From Thermomicrobiales bacterium (GTDB lineage: Bacteria; Chloroflexota; Chloroflexia; Thermomicrobiales; JALYUS01), in the NCBI GenBank assembly GCA_038230615.1, contig JBBRMX010000001.1, positions 1 through 43,794 of the forward strand: a stretch of DNA of 43,794 nucleotides, in the 5' to 3' direction. Shown here piece after piece: positions 27,522 to 36,431 of the stretch. The translations under genes and the position numbers were made by a program. The stretch's first letter is position 1, and each line of letters begins with the position of its first letter. The notes beneath the pieces were generated by a model. It made no database searches. It saw nothing but the letters and a program-made list of their open reading frames with translations, and was not told where the DNA came from.

Positions 27522-28673
27522 CTAATCCCTTGGAGCGTCTCCGGCGACGAGGACGGAGGCTTCGAGGGTGAGACGGGCGATGTGCGCCAGCCCGACCGCG
27601 ACGGGTGCGATCTGCACCGATTCGTTCACAGTGTGTCCGTTCGCGCCGTCGCTGACGCCGACGCAGACCGACGGGATGCCGAGGCTGATCGGGATATTCG
27701 CATCGGTGCTGCTCGTGCCGAAGGTGGGCGTGATGCCGAGCCAGAGTAGACTGTCTGCGGCGAGACGCACGAGCGGGTCGTCGAGCGGGCGCGAACCGGC
27801 GGGGCGTTCGCCCAGAATCTCGATTTCGGTCGTCAAGCCGTCGCCGGGGGCGGTAGCGATGATCTCCTGCACCTGTAGAGCAAGGTAGTTGAGCGCGGCG
27901 ATGTCGGTCGAGCGTAGGTCAATGATCGCGGAGGCGGACGGCGCGATGGTATTTACCGATGTGCCGCCTTCGATAATGCCGACATTGTAGGTCGTTTTCG
28001 GATCGGTCGGCACATCGAGCGCGGCAATGCCTGCGATGATCCTGCCGAGACCGTGAATCGCGCTGGGAATGCCAAAGTGCTGGTACGAATGCCCGCCCTT
28101 GCCGTTAACCGTCACACGCCAGCGTTTCGACCCGACCGCGCCATGTGTCACCTCGCCGCCGCGCCCGTCAATGACGAGCACCGCGCCGATGGTATCGCGG
28201 TAGCGTTCCACCGCTCGTCGCGCCCCGCGCAAATTCCCGAGACCCTCCTCGCCCACATCGCCCACTGCGATGAGGTCAGTCGCGGTTTCGATGCCATATG
28301 CGTCGAGGATGTCGAACAGCGCGATGACTGCCGCAACATTCATGCTGTTATCGCCGATGCCGGGGCCATAAAGTGTGTTGCCCTCGCGCCGCACTGTGAT
28401 CGGGGTACCGGGCGGGAAGACCGTGTCAATATGCGAGAGTAGCAGCACGACCTTCGCGGAATCCCGCCCCGCACGCCGAATATAGATATTGGACACGTCA
28501 TCAATCTCCGGCGTGTAGCCACGTTCGCGCCATAGGTCCGCGAGAAAGTGTGCCCGTTCGCCCTCATGCCCGGTCGGGGAGGGAACCGCGCAGATGCGCT
28601 GCGTCAATGCCGCTACCGCTTCGACCTGTGCCGCGCTCGCGGCGCGTATCCACTCGAAATCTGCGCCCAACAT
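27522..28673 (-). CDS. M20 family metallopeptidase (ArgE/DapE/PepT-like)
   Basis: LLLSHIDTV, GPGIGDNS and VGEEGLGNLRG metal and catalytic motifs. Starts 14 nt after the recQ stop, so it may be co-transcribed. Confidence 0.85.
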   Translation of the reverse strand: MLGADFEWIRAASAAQVEAVAALTQRICAVPSPTGHEGERAHFLADLWRERGYTPEIDDVSNIYIRRAGRDSAKVVLLLSHIDTVFPPGTPITVRREGNTLYGPGIGDNSMNVAAVIALFDILDAYGIETATDLIAVGDVGEEGLGNLRGARRAVERYRDTIGAVLVIDGRGGEVTHGAVGSKRWRVTVNGKGGHSYQHFGIPSAIHGLGRIIAGIAALDVPTDPKTTYNVGIIEGGTSVNTIAPSASAIIDLRSTDIAALNYLALQVQEIIATAPGDGLTTEIEILGERPAGSRPLDDPLVRLAADSLLWLGITPTFGTSSTDANIPISLGIPSVCVGVSDGANGHTVNESVQIAPVAVGLAHIARLTLEASVLVAGDAPRD

Positions 28674-28687
28674 CTGTCTCCTCTCGC

Positions 28688-31600
28688 TCAGGTCGTCAGC
28701 AGCGCGAGGACATCCTCGCCATACAACTCGGTTGTTTTCGCATTCATGCCTTTGACGCGGCGCAATGCGTCGAGCGACTGCGGTTGCACGCGGGCGATGC
28801 CTTCAAGTGTGCTATTCCATAGGATACGGTACGCGGGCAATCCCGCTTCTCGTGCCTTGCCCGTGCGCCATTCTTTCAGGCGTCGGAGGAGGTCGGTGTC
28901 CACATCGCCGTCATCGTTTGCGTCGCCGAAATCGTCGCTTGCAGCGATACGGGTGCGCTCACGGCGGGTGCGAGGGGCAAGCCGCTCGTGCGCCCACGCG
29001 GGCAGGTCGGCGGGGTCGCGGGCGGCGTCGCGTCCCTGCGGCGCAAGTGTGATAACGGGGTATTCGGCGGTCTCGTCGCGGAAAAGGTAGCCGTCTGCGG
29101 TGAGGTGGTCAATAATCTCCTCAACGCCCTTGATCGAGTGATCTGCCAGTGCGCCGAACTCCGCGCATCGTTCCGGTGCGACACGGCTGGATGATGCGCC
29201 CGTGAGCACTTGTGCGAGGCTGCGCCGCCCGACTGCATACGGCATCGCCATCACCCCGGCGAGGACGCGCTGCGCGGCGGGGCGGTCATCGTCCGGGCGT
29301 GACGTCACCTGCGGGCGTACGACGATTTGGATGCCACGCCGGGGAGCGCAAATGTCACAGACCGTACCGCAGGCGGGTAATCGCTGCCCGAAATGCCCCG
29401 CCAGCACGCGATGCCGGCACGCCTTTGCCCGTGCATACGCCGCCATCGCCTCGATGCGGGTATCTTGCGCTACCGCGTATTCGCGCAGTAGGTCGTCAAT
29501 GCGTTGCGCCACATCGGGCGGGGCGGGGAGCATCTCGATTAGCGGTGCGCGGTCGCCGCTGCGGTACCAGAGTGTCCCGGCATCCGCCCGCCTCAGCAAA
29601 TCGGCGTCGAGCGCGGACGGCTCCTGCCCCACATCCGCCGCGAGGGCAAGCAAGTCAATTTCGCCCGTTTCGCCGTACGTGATGCCGGAGGCGGCGATAA
29701 TATCCCGCAAGAGCGGGTCGTCGCGCCCGTCGCTGCGGACGGTGAATGAGGCGGTACGTGGCACATCGAAGTGGCGACGCAGTAGCCCGACGCGCTCTAG
29801 CATCGAGACGCCGACGCGGGTAAATGTTTCGTTGTCCGGGCGGTCTGCGACGTGCTGCAGGCGGTCGGACGGCACGATGCCATACTGCCCCGGCACGATG
29901 GCACGCAGGGCGCGGTACAGGCGGCGCAAATCCTCCCGCGTGATCGCCTCTTGGTGCAGCCATGTCGTCATCTGTCCCTTATCAGCGGTGGCGTACAGCA
30001 GGACACAGCGGGCGGGTTGCCCGTCGCGCCCCGCCCGCCCCGCCTCCTGATAATACGCTTCCACGCTCTGCGGGAGATTGAAATGGACGATGCCGCGCAC
30101 ATCCGCCTTGTCCACGCCCATGCCGAAGGCGACGGTAGCGACGAGGACGCGCACTGCACCGTTCATAAACTGGTCTTGCACGCGGGCGCGGTCGGGGGTC
30201 TGGGCGTGATAGTGCATCGCCTGCACGCCTTTCTGCCGCAGATGCGCCGCCAGCCGTTCGCACGCTTCACGGGCGCGGGCGTAGACGATTATCGGCCCTG
30301 CGATCTCTTTACAGAGCGCGACGACCGCCTGTTCTTTCTCCTGCTTGTTCGCAGTCTGCACCACCTCGAAGCGCAGGTTCGGGCGGAAGACGGGGGCGAC
30401 GACCCGCCGGGGGATGCCGAGCCGCTCGGTGATCTCGCCCTGTGTCTCTACTGATGCCGTGGCGGTGAGGGCAAGCACGGGTGGTGAACCGAGTTCGTCC
30501 AGCGCGGCACGCAGAAAGAGGTAGTCCGGGCGGAAACTCTGCCCCCATAGGCTGACGCAGTGTGCTTCGTCCACCACGAAGAGCGAGATGCCCGCCCGTG
30601 CGACGGCATGAAGAAAAGGACGCTGGCGCAACCGCTCCGGCGCGACATAGATGAGTTTGTATTGCCCGCTGCCGATACCTGCCATCCGCTCACGCATTTC
30701 TGCCCCGGTGAGGCTGCTGTTGATCGCAGTGGCGCATTCTGCCAGTTCGGGCGGGAGATTTTCGATCTGATCCTTCATCAGCGCGATGAGTGGGCTGACG
30801 ACGAGCGTCGCGTGCGGCAGGAGCAGCGCGGGCAATTGATAGGTGAGCGATTTGCCTGCGCCTGTCGGCATCACGGCGAGCACGCTCTCGCCCGCCAGCG
30901 CGTGCGCGATCACTTCTTCCTGATACGGGCGGAACGACGGCAACCCGAAAACATCACGCAGCGCATCGTGCGCGGTGGGCGGCAAGACGGCACCGGATGC
31001 GGACAGGGTGGGAGTGGTGACGGCGACGGGTGACGGCGCAATGGCGTTCACCACGTCAATGGCGGCATCCGCATCGTAGCCTAGTGCGCTTTCGAGGCTT
31101 TGCCGTTCCGCTTGCTCGCGCTCCGCGAGGTGCGCGTTTACCGCTTCAAGGGCAGACATGTCAGTACGCTGTTCGCTCACATCGCGGAGCAGAAAGAGGT
31201 CTTCGACCGCAGGCAGGCGATCCGCATTACGCACAAAAAGCGCGTCGAGATGCCCGTGCGCCGTCTCCGCATCGCCCTGTGCGAGTGCCAGCAGCGCGAG
31301 TTGCCGCAGCGGTGCGGCATCGGGCGCACGCGCCGTAAGGACGGCATACGCTTCAGCGGCGGTAGCATAGTCGCGTAGGGCGCGGCAGGCATTGCCGTAG
31401 GCAAACCAATCGGACGCGAACAATGCCGTTTGTGCGGGCGGGCGCGGGGCGAATGCCCGCAGTGCTGCGGTGTCACCGAGATCGCAGAACGCACGGAGTC
31501 GTAGTGTTTGGCGGCTCTGTGTCTGCCCGCGCTCCGCGTCGAGAGCCTCGAGCAGCGGCAACGCTTCGGCGGGGCGTCCCGCGCCGACGAGGGCGCGGGC

Positions 31601-31798
31601 GTGTGCTTCTCGCAATGTCGCGAGATCGGGCTGCGCCGTGCGCCAGATCGCCACGTAGCGCAACAGCGCCTCCGCATAGTGCCATCGGACGAGATACTGG
31701 ATGAGGCGCGTACGCACGTCGCCTTTGAGCGGCGCAATTACATCGTCCGGTAGCGCGAGAAGCGTATTCGTGTTGGTCATCTGTCCGGTCACTTCCAT
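28688..31798 (-). CDS. recQ: RecQ family ATP-dependent DNA helicase with a long N-terminal helical-repeat extension and a C-terminal HRDC domain
   Basis: FRPYQEEVI, MPTGAGKSLTYQLPA, VVDEAHCVSLWGQSFRPDY, LTATA and QEAGRAGRDG motifs. Zinc motif CRHRVLAGHFG...CGTVCDIC. HRDC-like LLRRLKEWRTGKAREAGLPAYRILWNSTLEGIA. About 290 aa precede motif 0. Confidence 0.9.
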   Translation of the reverse strand: MEVTGQMTNTNTLLALPDDVIAPLKGDVRTRLIQYLVRWHYAEALLRYVAIWRTAQPDLATLREAHARALVGAGRPAEALPLLEALDAERGQTQSRQTLRLRAFCDLGDTAALRAFAPRPPAQTALFASDWFAYGNACRALRDYATAAEAYAVLTARAPDAAPLRQLALLALAQGDAETAHGHLDALFVRNADRLPAVEDLFLLRDVSEQRTDMSALEAVNAHLAEREQAERQSLESALGYDADAAIDVVNAIAPSPVAVTTPTLSASGAVLPPTAHDALRDVFGLPSFRPYQEEVIAHALAGESVLAVMPTGAGKSLTYQLPALLLPHATLVVSPLIALMKDQIENLPPELAECATAINSSLTGAEMRERMAGIGSGQYKLIYVAPERLRQRPFLHAVARAGISLFVVDEAHCVSLWGQSFRPDYLFLRAALDELGSPPVLALTATASVETQGEITERLGIPRRVVAPVFRPNLRFEVVQTANKQEKEQAVVALCKEIAGPIIVYARAREACERLAAHLRQKGVQAMHYHAQTPDRARVQDQFMNGAVRVLVATVAFGMGVDKADVRGIVHFNLPQSVEAYYQEAGRAGRDGQPARCVLLYATADKGQMTTWLHQEAITREDLRRLYRALRAIVPGQYGIVPSDRLQHVADRPDNETFTRVGVSMLERVGLLRRHFDVPRTASFTVRSDGRDDPLLRDIIAASGITYGETGEIDLLALAADVGQEPSALDADLLRRADAGTLWYRSGDRAPLIEMLPAPPDVAQRIDDLLREYAVAQDTRIEAMAAYARAKACRHRVLAGHFGQRLPACGTVCDICAPRRGIQIVVRPQVTSRPDDDRPAAQRVLAGVMAMPYAVGRRSLAQVLTGASSSRVAPERCAEFGALADHSIKGVEEIIDHLTADGYLFRDETAEYPVITLAPQGRDAARDPADLPAWAHERLAPRTRRERTRIAASDDFGDANDDGDVDTDLLRRLKEWRTGKAREAGLPAYRILWNSTLEGIARVQPQSLDALRRVKGMNAKTTELYGEDVLALLTT

Positions 31799-31844
31799 AG
31801 CACAAGTGTACCAAACTTCTACCCCGGCGTATCGCCGTGTTGCT

Positions 31845-31853
31845 TGGTATCAT
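31845..31853 (+). promoter_or_regulatory. Possible extended -10 element for glpD
   Basis: TGGTATCAT lies 40 nt upstream of the glpD ATG. The same 9-mer occurs at 38303..38311 upstream of another gene. There is no good -35 box. Confidence 0.35.
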
Positions 31854-31892
31854 TGCGGTAATGACGGGCAGCATGTACCAACGGGGGTGGCG

Positions 31893-33605
31893 ATGACAAC
31901 ACTGGACGCGGAGGCACGGCGACGAAATATGCAGCAGATGGCGGACGGCACGGTTGATGTCTGTGTCATTGGGGGCGGCATCACCGGTGCGGGTGTCGCG
32001 CTCGAAGCGGCGTCGCGTGGGGCAAGTGTCGCACTCGTCGAGCGGCACGATTGGGGTAGTGGCACAAGCGGATGGTCCACCAAACTTGTGCATGGCGGCA
32101 TTCGTTATCTACCGCAACGGCAAGTCGGGTTGGTGCGCGAGGCGTTGCAGGAGCAGACCACCTTGCTACGGATCGCGCCGCATCTCGTCTGGCCGCTCGA
32201 TTTCGTCCTGCCGATCTACGACGAGACACGCCGTCCTATCGGTGTGCCCGTGCCATTTCCGAAAGGATACGGGGTCGGGCTCGCGATGGAGATCGGGTTG
32301 TCTGCATACGATGTGCTGGCAGGACGCAAGACGCTCTCTGCTAAGGCGAATCGGGCGCACACCATCGGGCGGCATGGGCATATCTCGCCCGAAGAAGCCG
32401 CCCGCGACGTGCCGGGGCTGCGAACCGAGGGGTTGAAGGGTGCATTTGTCTATGGCGACGCGGGAACGAACGACACCCGGCTTGTCGCAACGGTGATTCG
32501 CACCGCCGCCGAACGGGGCGCGATGGTGGCGAACTACGTCGAGGCGACAGGCTTTACCGAGCGGGCGGGGCATCTCTCCGGCGTGGAGATGCGCGACATA
32601 CTGACAGGCGACACCTTCACGGCGCGGGCGCGGTATATCGTCAATGCGGGTGGCGTCTGGGCGGGCGAAATCGAGGAGCGTGCGCCGGGGGTGCCGCAGG
32701 TGTCGGTATTGCCCGCAAAGGGTATTCATCTTGTGGTGGATGCCGCAAAAGTGGGTGTCACCGACCGTGCGGTTGTGCTGCCGGAAACCCCGGACGGGCG
32801 GCTGATCTTCATTGTGCCGTGGCAGGGGCGGGCAGTGATCGGCACGACCGACACCCCCGGCGGTGACATCGAACATCCCCGCGCCACTGCGGACGAGATC
32901 GCCTATGTGCTGGAGATCACGAATCGTTCGATTCGTACACCGCTGACGGAGGCAGACATTATCAGCACATACGCGGGATACCGCCCTCTCGTCAAGGCGC
33001 GGGACGCCGCGAAATCTGCTGCTCTTTCGCGCACCCACGCGGTGCTGACCGCGCCGAACGGCTTGGTGACAATCGTAGGCGGCAAACTGACGACGTACCG
33101 TAAGATGGCGGAGGATACTCTCGATACCCTCGGTACGCAGGGGTTGCACGTCGGTCCGTCTGTGACCGATCACCTGCCGCTGGCGGGTGCGGACGGCTAC
33201 GGACACTGGGCGAACACGATGGAAACCAAAGCGGCACAACGGGGGTTGGATGCGGAAACCGCCGCGCATCTCCTGCAATCTTACGGCGCGGACGCTGGCG
33301 AACTGCTCGCCCTCGTAGATGCCGATCCGCTGCTTGCCGCCCGGATGACGCCCGATCTGCCGGTGATATTCGCGGAGGCTGCACACGCTGTCCGGCACGA
33401 AATGGCGATGACGGTGGAGGATGTGCTTGCCCGTCGCACGCGCCTCTCACTGCTCGATCACGCGCACGGCACGCACGCCGCCCCCGATGTTGCTGCTATT
33501 CTCGGTGACATGCTCGGTTGGGATGCCACCGAGCGTACCCGGCAAGTAGAAACGTACCGCGAAACTGTGCAGCGGCTCCATGGGGCCGCACGGAGTGACA
33601 TGTAA
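31893..33605 (+). CDS. glpD: FAD-dependent glycerol-3-phosphate dehydrogenase/oxidase
   Basis: DVCVIGGGITGAGVALEAASRG, GTSGWSTKLVHGGIRYL, and a C-terminal alpha-helical GlpD domain. Start trimmed to ATG 31893. Confidence 0.9.
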   Translation: MTTLDAEARRRNMQQMADGTVDVCVIGGGITGAGVALEAASRGASVALVERHDWGSGTSGWSTKLVHGGIRYLPQRQVGLVREALQEQTTLLRIAPHLVWPLDFVLPIYDETRRPIGVPVPFPKGYGVGLAMEIGLSAYDVLAGRKTLSAKANRAHTIGRHGHISPEEAARDVPGLRTEGLKGAFVYGDAGTNDTRLVATVIRTAAERGAMVANYVEATGFTERAGHLSGVEMRDILTGDTFTARARYIVNAGGVWAGEIEERAPGVPQVSVLPAKGIHLVVDAAKVGVTDRAVVLPETPDGRLIFIVPWQGRAVIGTTDTPGGDIEHPRATADEIAYVLEITNRSIRTPLTEADIISTYAGYRPLVKARDAAKSAALSRTHAVLTAPNGLVTIVGGKLTTYRKMAEDTLDTLGTQGLHVGPSVTDHLPLAGADGYGHWANTMETKAAQRGLDAETAAHLLQSYGADAGELLALVDADPLLAARMTPDLPVIFAEAAHAVRHEMAMTVEDVLARRTRLSLLDHAHGTHAAPDVAAILGDMLGWDATERTRQVETYRETVQRLHGAARSDM

Positions 33606-33634
33606 CGAGATTATTCTCGTTACATGTCACTCCG
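33591..33634. terminator. Perfect 20-bp hairpin shared by the convergent glpD and DUF4031-like genes
   Basis: CGGAGTGACATGTAACGAGA, loop TTAT, then TCTCGTTACATGTCACTCCG. The glpD TAA (33603..33605) and the opposing TGA (33629..33627) both lie inside the stem. Confidence 0.7.
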
Positions 33635-34001
33635 TATCGGCTTCCTCCCGGAGTTTATTAGCGAGGCGGCGTAGGGCGATTGCCCGCCAGCCGAACGCAT
33701 CGTAGTGCCACACTCCGCGACCGCGCCGGGGCGGTTGGAGCAGCAGAGGCGAGAAACCGTACGCCGTGCCGAAATCCGTGAGCAATTCCGGGTCGGCACA
33801 GAGGAGGTGGCAATACTCCCCTGTGCCAAAGTGCGGATGCGACCAGCGGAAGAAGTGCAGCGCGATATTGCCGTCTTGCGCCCACGCGACCGCCTTGCGC
33901 ACTTCGCGCCGCTCGAATGCCCGTATCGGCATTGCCATCGTGTGCGTCACGAGGAAGCCGGGAGCAGCAAGCACCGAGTAATACGATTGTGCAGAAGACA
34001 C
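33627..34001 (-). CDS. Hypothetical protein, DUF4031-like
   Basis: CHLLCADPELLTDFGTAYGFSP....WHYDAFGWRAIAL resembles the DUF4031 pattern (HL.AD...L..F....G....HYD....A). Start is uncertain: GTG 34001 or ATG 33938. Confidence 0.45.
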   Translation of the reverse strand: MSSAQSYYSVLAAPGFLVTHTMAMPIRAFERREVRKAVAWAQDGNIALHFFRWSHPHFGTGEYCHLLCADPELLTDFGTAYGFSPLLLQPPRRGRGVWHYDAFGWRAIALRRLANKLREEADTE

Positions 34002-34047
34002 ACCGTAGTATTTGGTGCTTTTACTTTGTTGCTCAGTGCCTCACGCA

Positions 34048-34815
34048 TCACCCGATGGCGGGTTTGAGTTGGCAGCCGTCCACGGCGACATTCGCGCCGG
34101 TGACGAGACTGGCGCGAGAGGAGCAGAGGAAGACGCAGACATTCGCTACTTCTTCCGGTGTGCCGAAGCGACCGAGCGGCATATCGTGCGCGATGAACTC
34201 CGCGATGGTGTCGGGGTCGCGCTCCTGCCGCCGCGCCCATCCGCCGCCGGGGAACATGATCGAGCCGGGAGACACCGCATTGACGCGGATATTAGCGGGG
34301 CCGAGGTCTTTCGCCAGCGAACGGGCGTAGATAATCTCGGCTGCCTTCGCCGCATTGTACGCGGGCGAACCTCCGCCGACTTGCCAACCGGAGACCGACG
34401 AGATGATGATAATCACTCCGCCGCCCGCCTCCTTGAAATGCGGCACCACCTCGCGGTTGGCGCGGACTGCCGCATATAAGTTGACATCGAAAGTGTAGTT
34501 CCACGCTTCGTCGGTATCGCCGCCTTTACCACCGCCGACATTGTTGATGAGAATATCGAGTCCGCCGAGGGCGGCAGCGGCATCGCTGACGACATTCTGC
34601 ACGTCCTCCGCAAGCGTGAGATCGCCGACGAGCGGCACAATATGCCCGCCGACGGTGTCCCGGATGCGGGCGGCGGCACTTTTTATCTCCACGGCGGTAC
34701 GTGCTACGATAGCAACCCGCGCCCCCTCCGCCGCCAACCCCGCCGCAATCGCATAGCCGATACCTCTGCTCGCACCCGTGACCAATGCCCGCTTCCCTGC
34801 CAGTCCAAGATCCAT
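34048..34815 (-). CDS. Short-chain dehydrogenase/reductase (FabG-like classical SDR)
   Basis: TGASRGIGYAIA, NNVG and the catalytic S...YNAAK. Start trimmed to ATG 34815 with GGAGGGGG upstream. Confidence 0.9.
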   Translation of the reverse strand: MDLGLAGKRALVTGASRGIGYAIAAGLAAEGARVAIVARTAVEIKSAAARIRDTVGGHIVPLVGDLTLAEDVQNVVSDAAAALGGLDILINNVGGGKGGDTDEAWNYTFDVNLYAAVRANREVVPHFKEAGGGVIIIISSVSGWQVGGGSPAYNAAKAAEIIYARSLAKDLGPANIRVNAVSPGSIMFPGGGWARRQERDPDTIAEFIAHDMPLGRFGTPEEVANVCVFLCSSRASLVTGANVAVDGCQLKPAIG

Positions 34816-35018
34816 GTATGTCGCCCCCTCCGGGAAATAGTACGGTTTGCTGTACCCGTTCGTCGCAATCGCCCGTAATGCTATCGCATTGTGCGCGATC
34901 TGCCGATGTTTGCACTGCCGCACATTGTCGTGTGCTCCCATTCGCTCTACTATGCATGGCAGACAGCGCGATATAGCGAAAAACGGAGCGCGAGAAAAAG
35001 CGCAGGAGGGATGACCGA

Positions 35019-36371
35019 ATGGTGTTGGAGCAGGAACTGCGGGCGTATATCGAAGAACGCATGGCGCATTACGGTGTGCCGGGTGTCGCGGTCGGTGTGT
35101 TGCACGGCCACACGACTACCGCCTTCGGAATTGGCGTCACAAATGTGAACTATCCATTGCCAGTGGACGACCGCACATTGTTTCAGATAGGCTCGACCTC
35201 CAAGACTTTCTGCGGCACGGCGACGATGTGTCTCGTGGAGCAGGGCAAGATTGATCTCGATGCGCCGATCCGTACGTACTTGCCCGATCTCGCGCTACAA
35301 GACGAAGAAGTCGCGGCGCACGTCACGATGCGGCACGCGCTTGGTCATGCAAGCGGTTGGCTCGGCGATTATTTCGATGACTTGAGCGACGGAGACGATG
35401 CGCTCGCGCAATATGTAACGAAGATGGCGGAATTGCCGCAACTCGTGCCGATGAAGACGATTTACTCCTACAACAATGCGGGATTCGGGCTTGCGGGGCG
35501 CGTTATCGAGGTTGTGACCGGCAAACCGTACGAGACGGCATTGCAGGAATTGGTCTTTGCGCCGCTCGGTCTGGCGCACACCTATTTCTTTGCAAAAAAT
35601 GTCATCACCGAAAAGTTCGCTGTTGGGCATCTCGTCCTCGACGGTATACCGACAGTGGTCAAGCCGTGGCAACTGCCGCGCACCGCGAATGCGGCGGGCG
35701 GAATCATCGCCGATGTGCGCGATCAACTCGCGTATGCAGTATTCCACATGGGCGACGGCACTGCCGCCAACGGCGCACGGGTGCTCTCGTCCGCCAGCAT
35801 CGCGGAGATGCAACGGCCGTGGTTCTCGAAAGGGTACGATGGCGAGATGGGCGTGACGTGGCATATTGACGATGTCGGCGGCGTGCGCGTCGTGCGGCAC
35901 GGCGGAGCGACCTTGGGGCAACTCACCGCCTTTGAGATGGTGCCGGAGCAACGCTTCGCGGTCACGGTACTGACGAACGCGAACCGGGGCGTCGAGTTGC
36001 ACGGCGATGTCACGCGGTGGGTGAAGGAGCATGTTCTCGGCATCTCCGTGCCGAAACCGGCGCATATCGCTGTCTCCGCCGATGCCCTCGCGGAGTACGT
36101 CGGCACGTATACCGGCGCACTCAGCCACATCAATGTGACGCTGGAGGGCGACGTACTGCGGGTTCAGCCCGTGGCGCAGGGCGGCTTTCCGAGCAAGGAC
36201 GACAAAATCGTCGCGCCGCCTCCGCTGCCGGTGCCAGTCGTATTCATCGGCACAGACACGATTAAAGCAGAGAGTGAGCCGATCAAAGGCAGCGTGGGTG
36301 AGTTTTTGCGAAGCGAGGGCGGCGCAATCGCGTGGCTGCGGATGGGCGGACGCATCTTGCAGCGAACATAG
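35019..36371 (+). CDS. Serine hydrolase of the beta-lactamase / S12 peptidase family
   Basis: SxxK as IGSTSKTF, and a YxN-like YSYNNAG. AGGAGGG lies 8 nt upstream of the ATG. Substrate is not inferable. Confidence 0.85.
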   Translation: MVLEQELRAYIEERMAHYGVPGVAVGVLHGHTTTAFGIGVTNVNYPLPVDDRTLFQIGSTSKTFCGTATMCLVEQGKIDLDAPIRTYLPDLALQDEEVAAHVTMRHALGHASGWLGDYFDDLSDGDDALAQYVTKMAELPQLVPMKTIYSYNNAGFGLAGRVIEVVTGKPYETALQELVFAPLGLAHTYFFAKNVITEKFAVGHLVLDGIPTVVKPWQLPRTANAAGGIIADVRDQLAYAVFHMGDGTAANGARVLSSASIAEMQRPWFSKGYDGEMGVTWHIDDVGGVRVVRHGGATLGQLTAFEMVPEQRFAVTVLTNANRGVELHGDVTRWVKEHVLGISVPKPAHIAVSADALAEYVGTYTGALSHINVTLEGDVLRVQPVAQGGFPSKDDKIVAPPPLPVPVVFIGTDTIKAESEPIKGSVGEFLRSEGGAIAWLRMGGRILQRT

Positions 36372-36380
36372 CGAAAATGT

Positions 36381-36423
36381 GCTCCCGGCCCCTTCCACAC
36401 CGAGATGCGGAAGAGCCGGGAGC
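36381..36423. terminator. Stem-loop between convergent genes
   Basis: GCTCCCGGC / GCCGGGAGC forms the outer stem and CTTCC / GGAAG an inner stem. No clear U-tract. Confidence 0.4.
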
Positions 36424-36431
36424 AGGTCATA

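Noticed and set aside
27522-31798. RecQ plus M20 peptidase as a possible defence-type helicase/peptidase module
   Set aside because: The helicase has the full housekeeping RecQ architecture (zinc module, HRDC). The peptidase is an ordinary M20 enzyme. There are no nuclease, sensor or mobile-element neighbours.
32166-33398. 410-aa minus-strand ORF
   Set aside because: It is antisense to glpD. Composition is a low-complexity Arg/Pro/His mix. The glpD frame is unambiguous.
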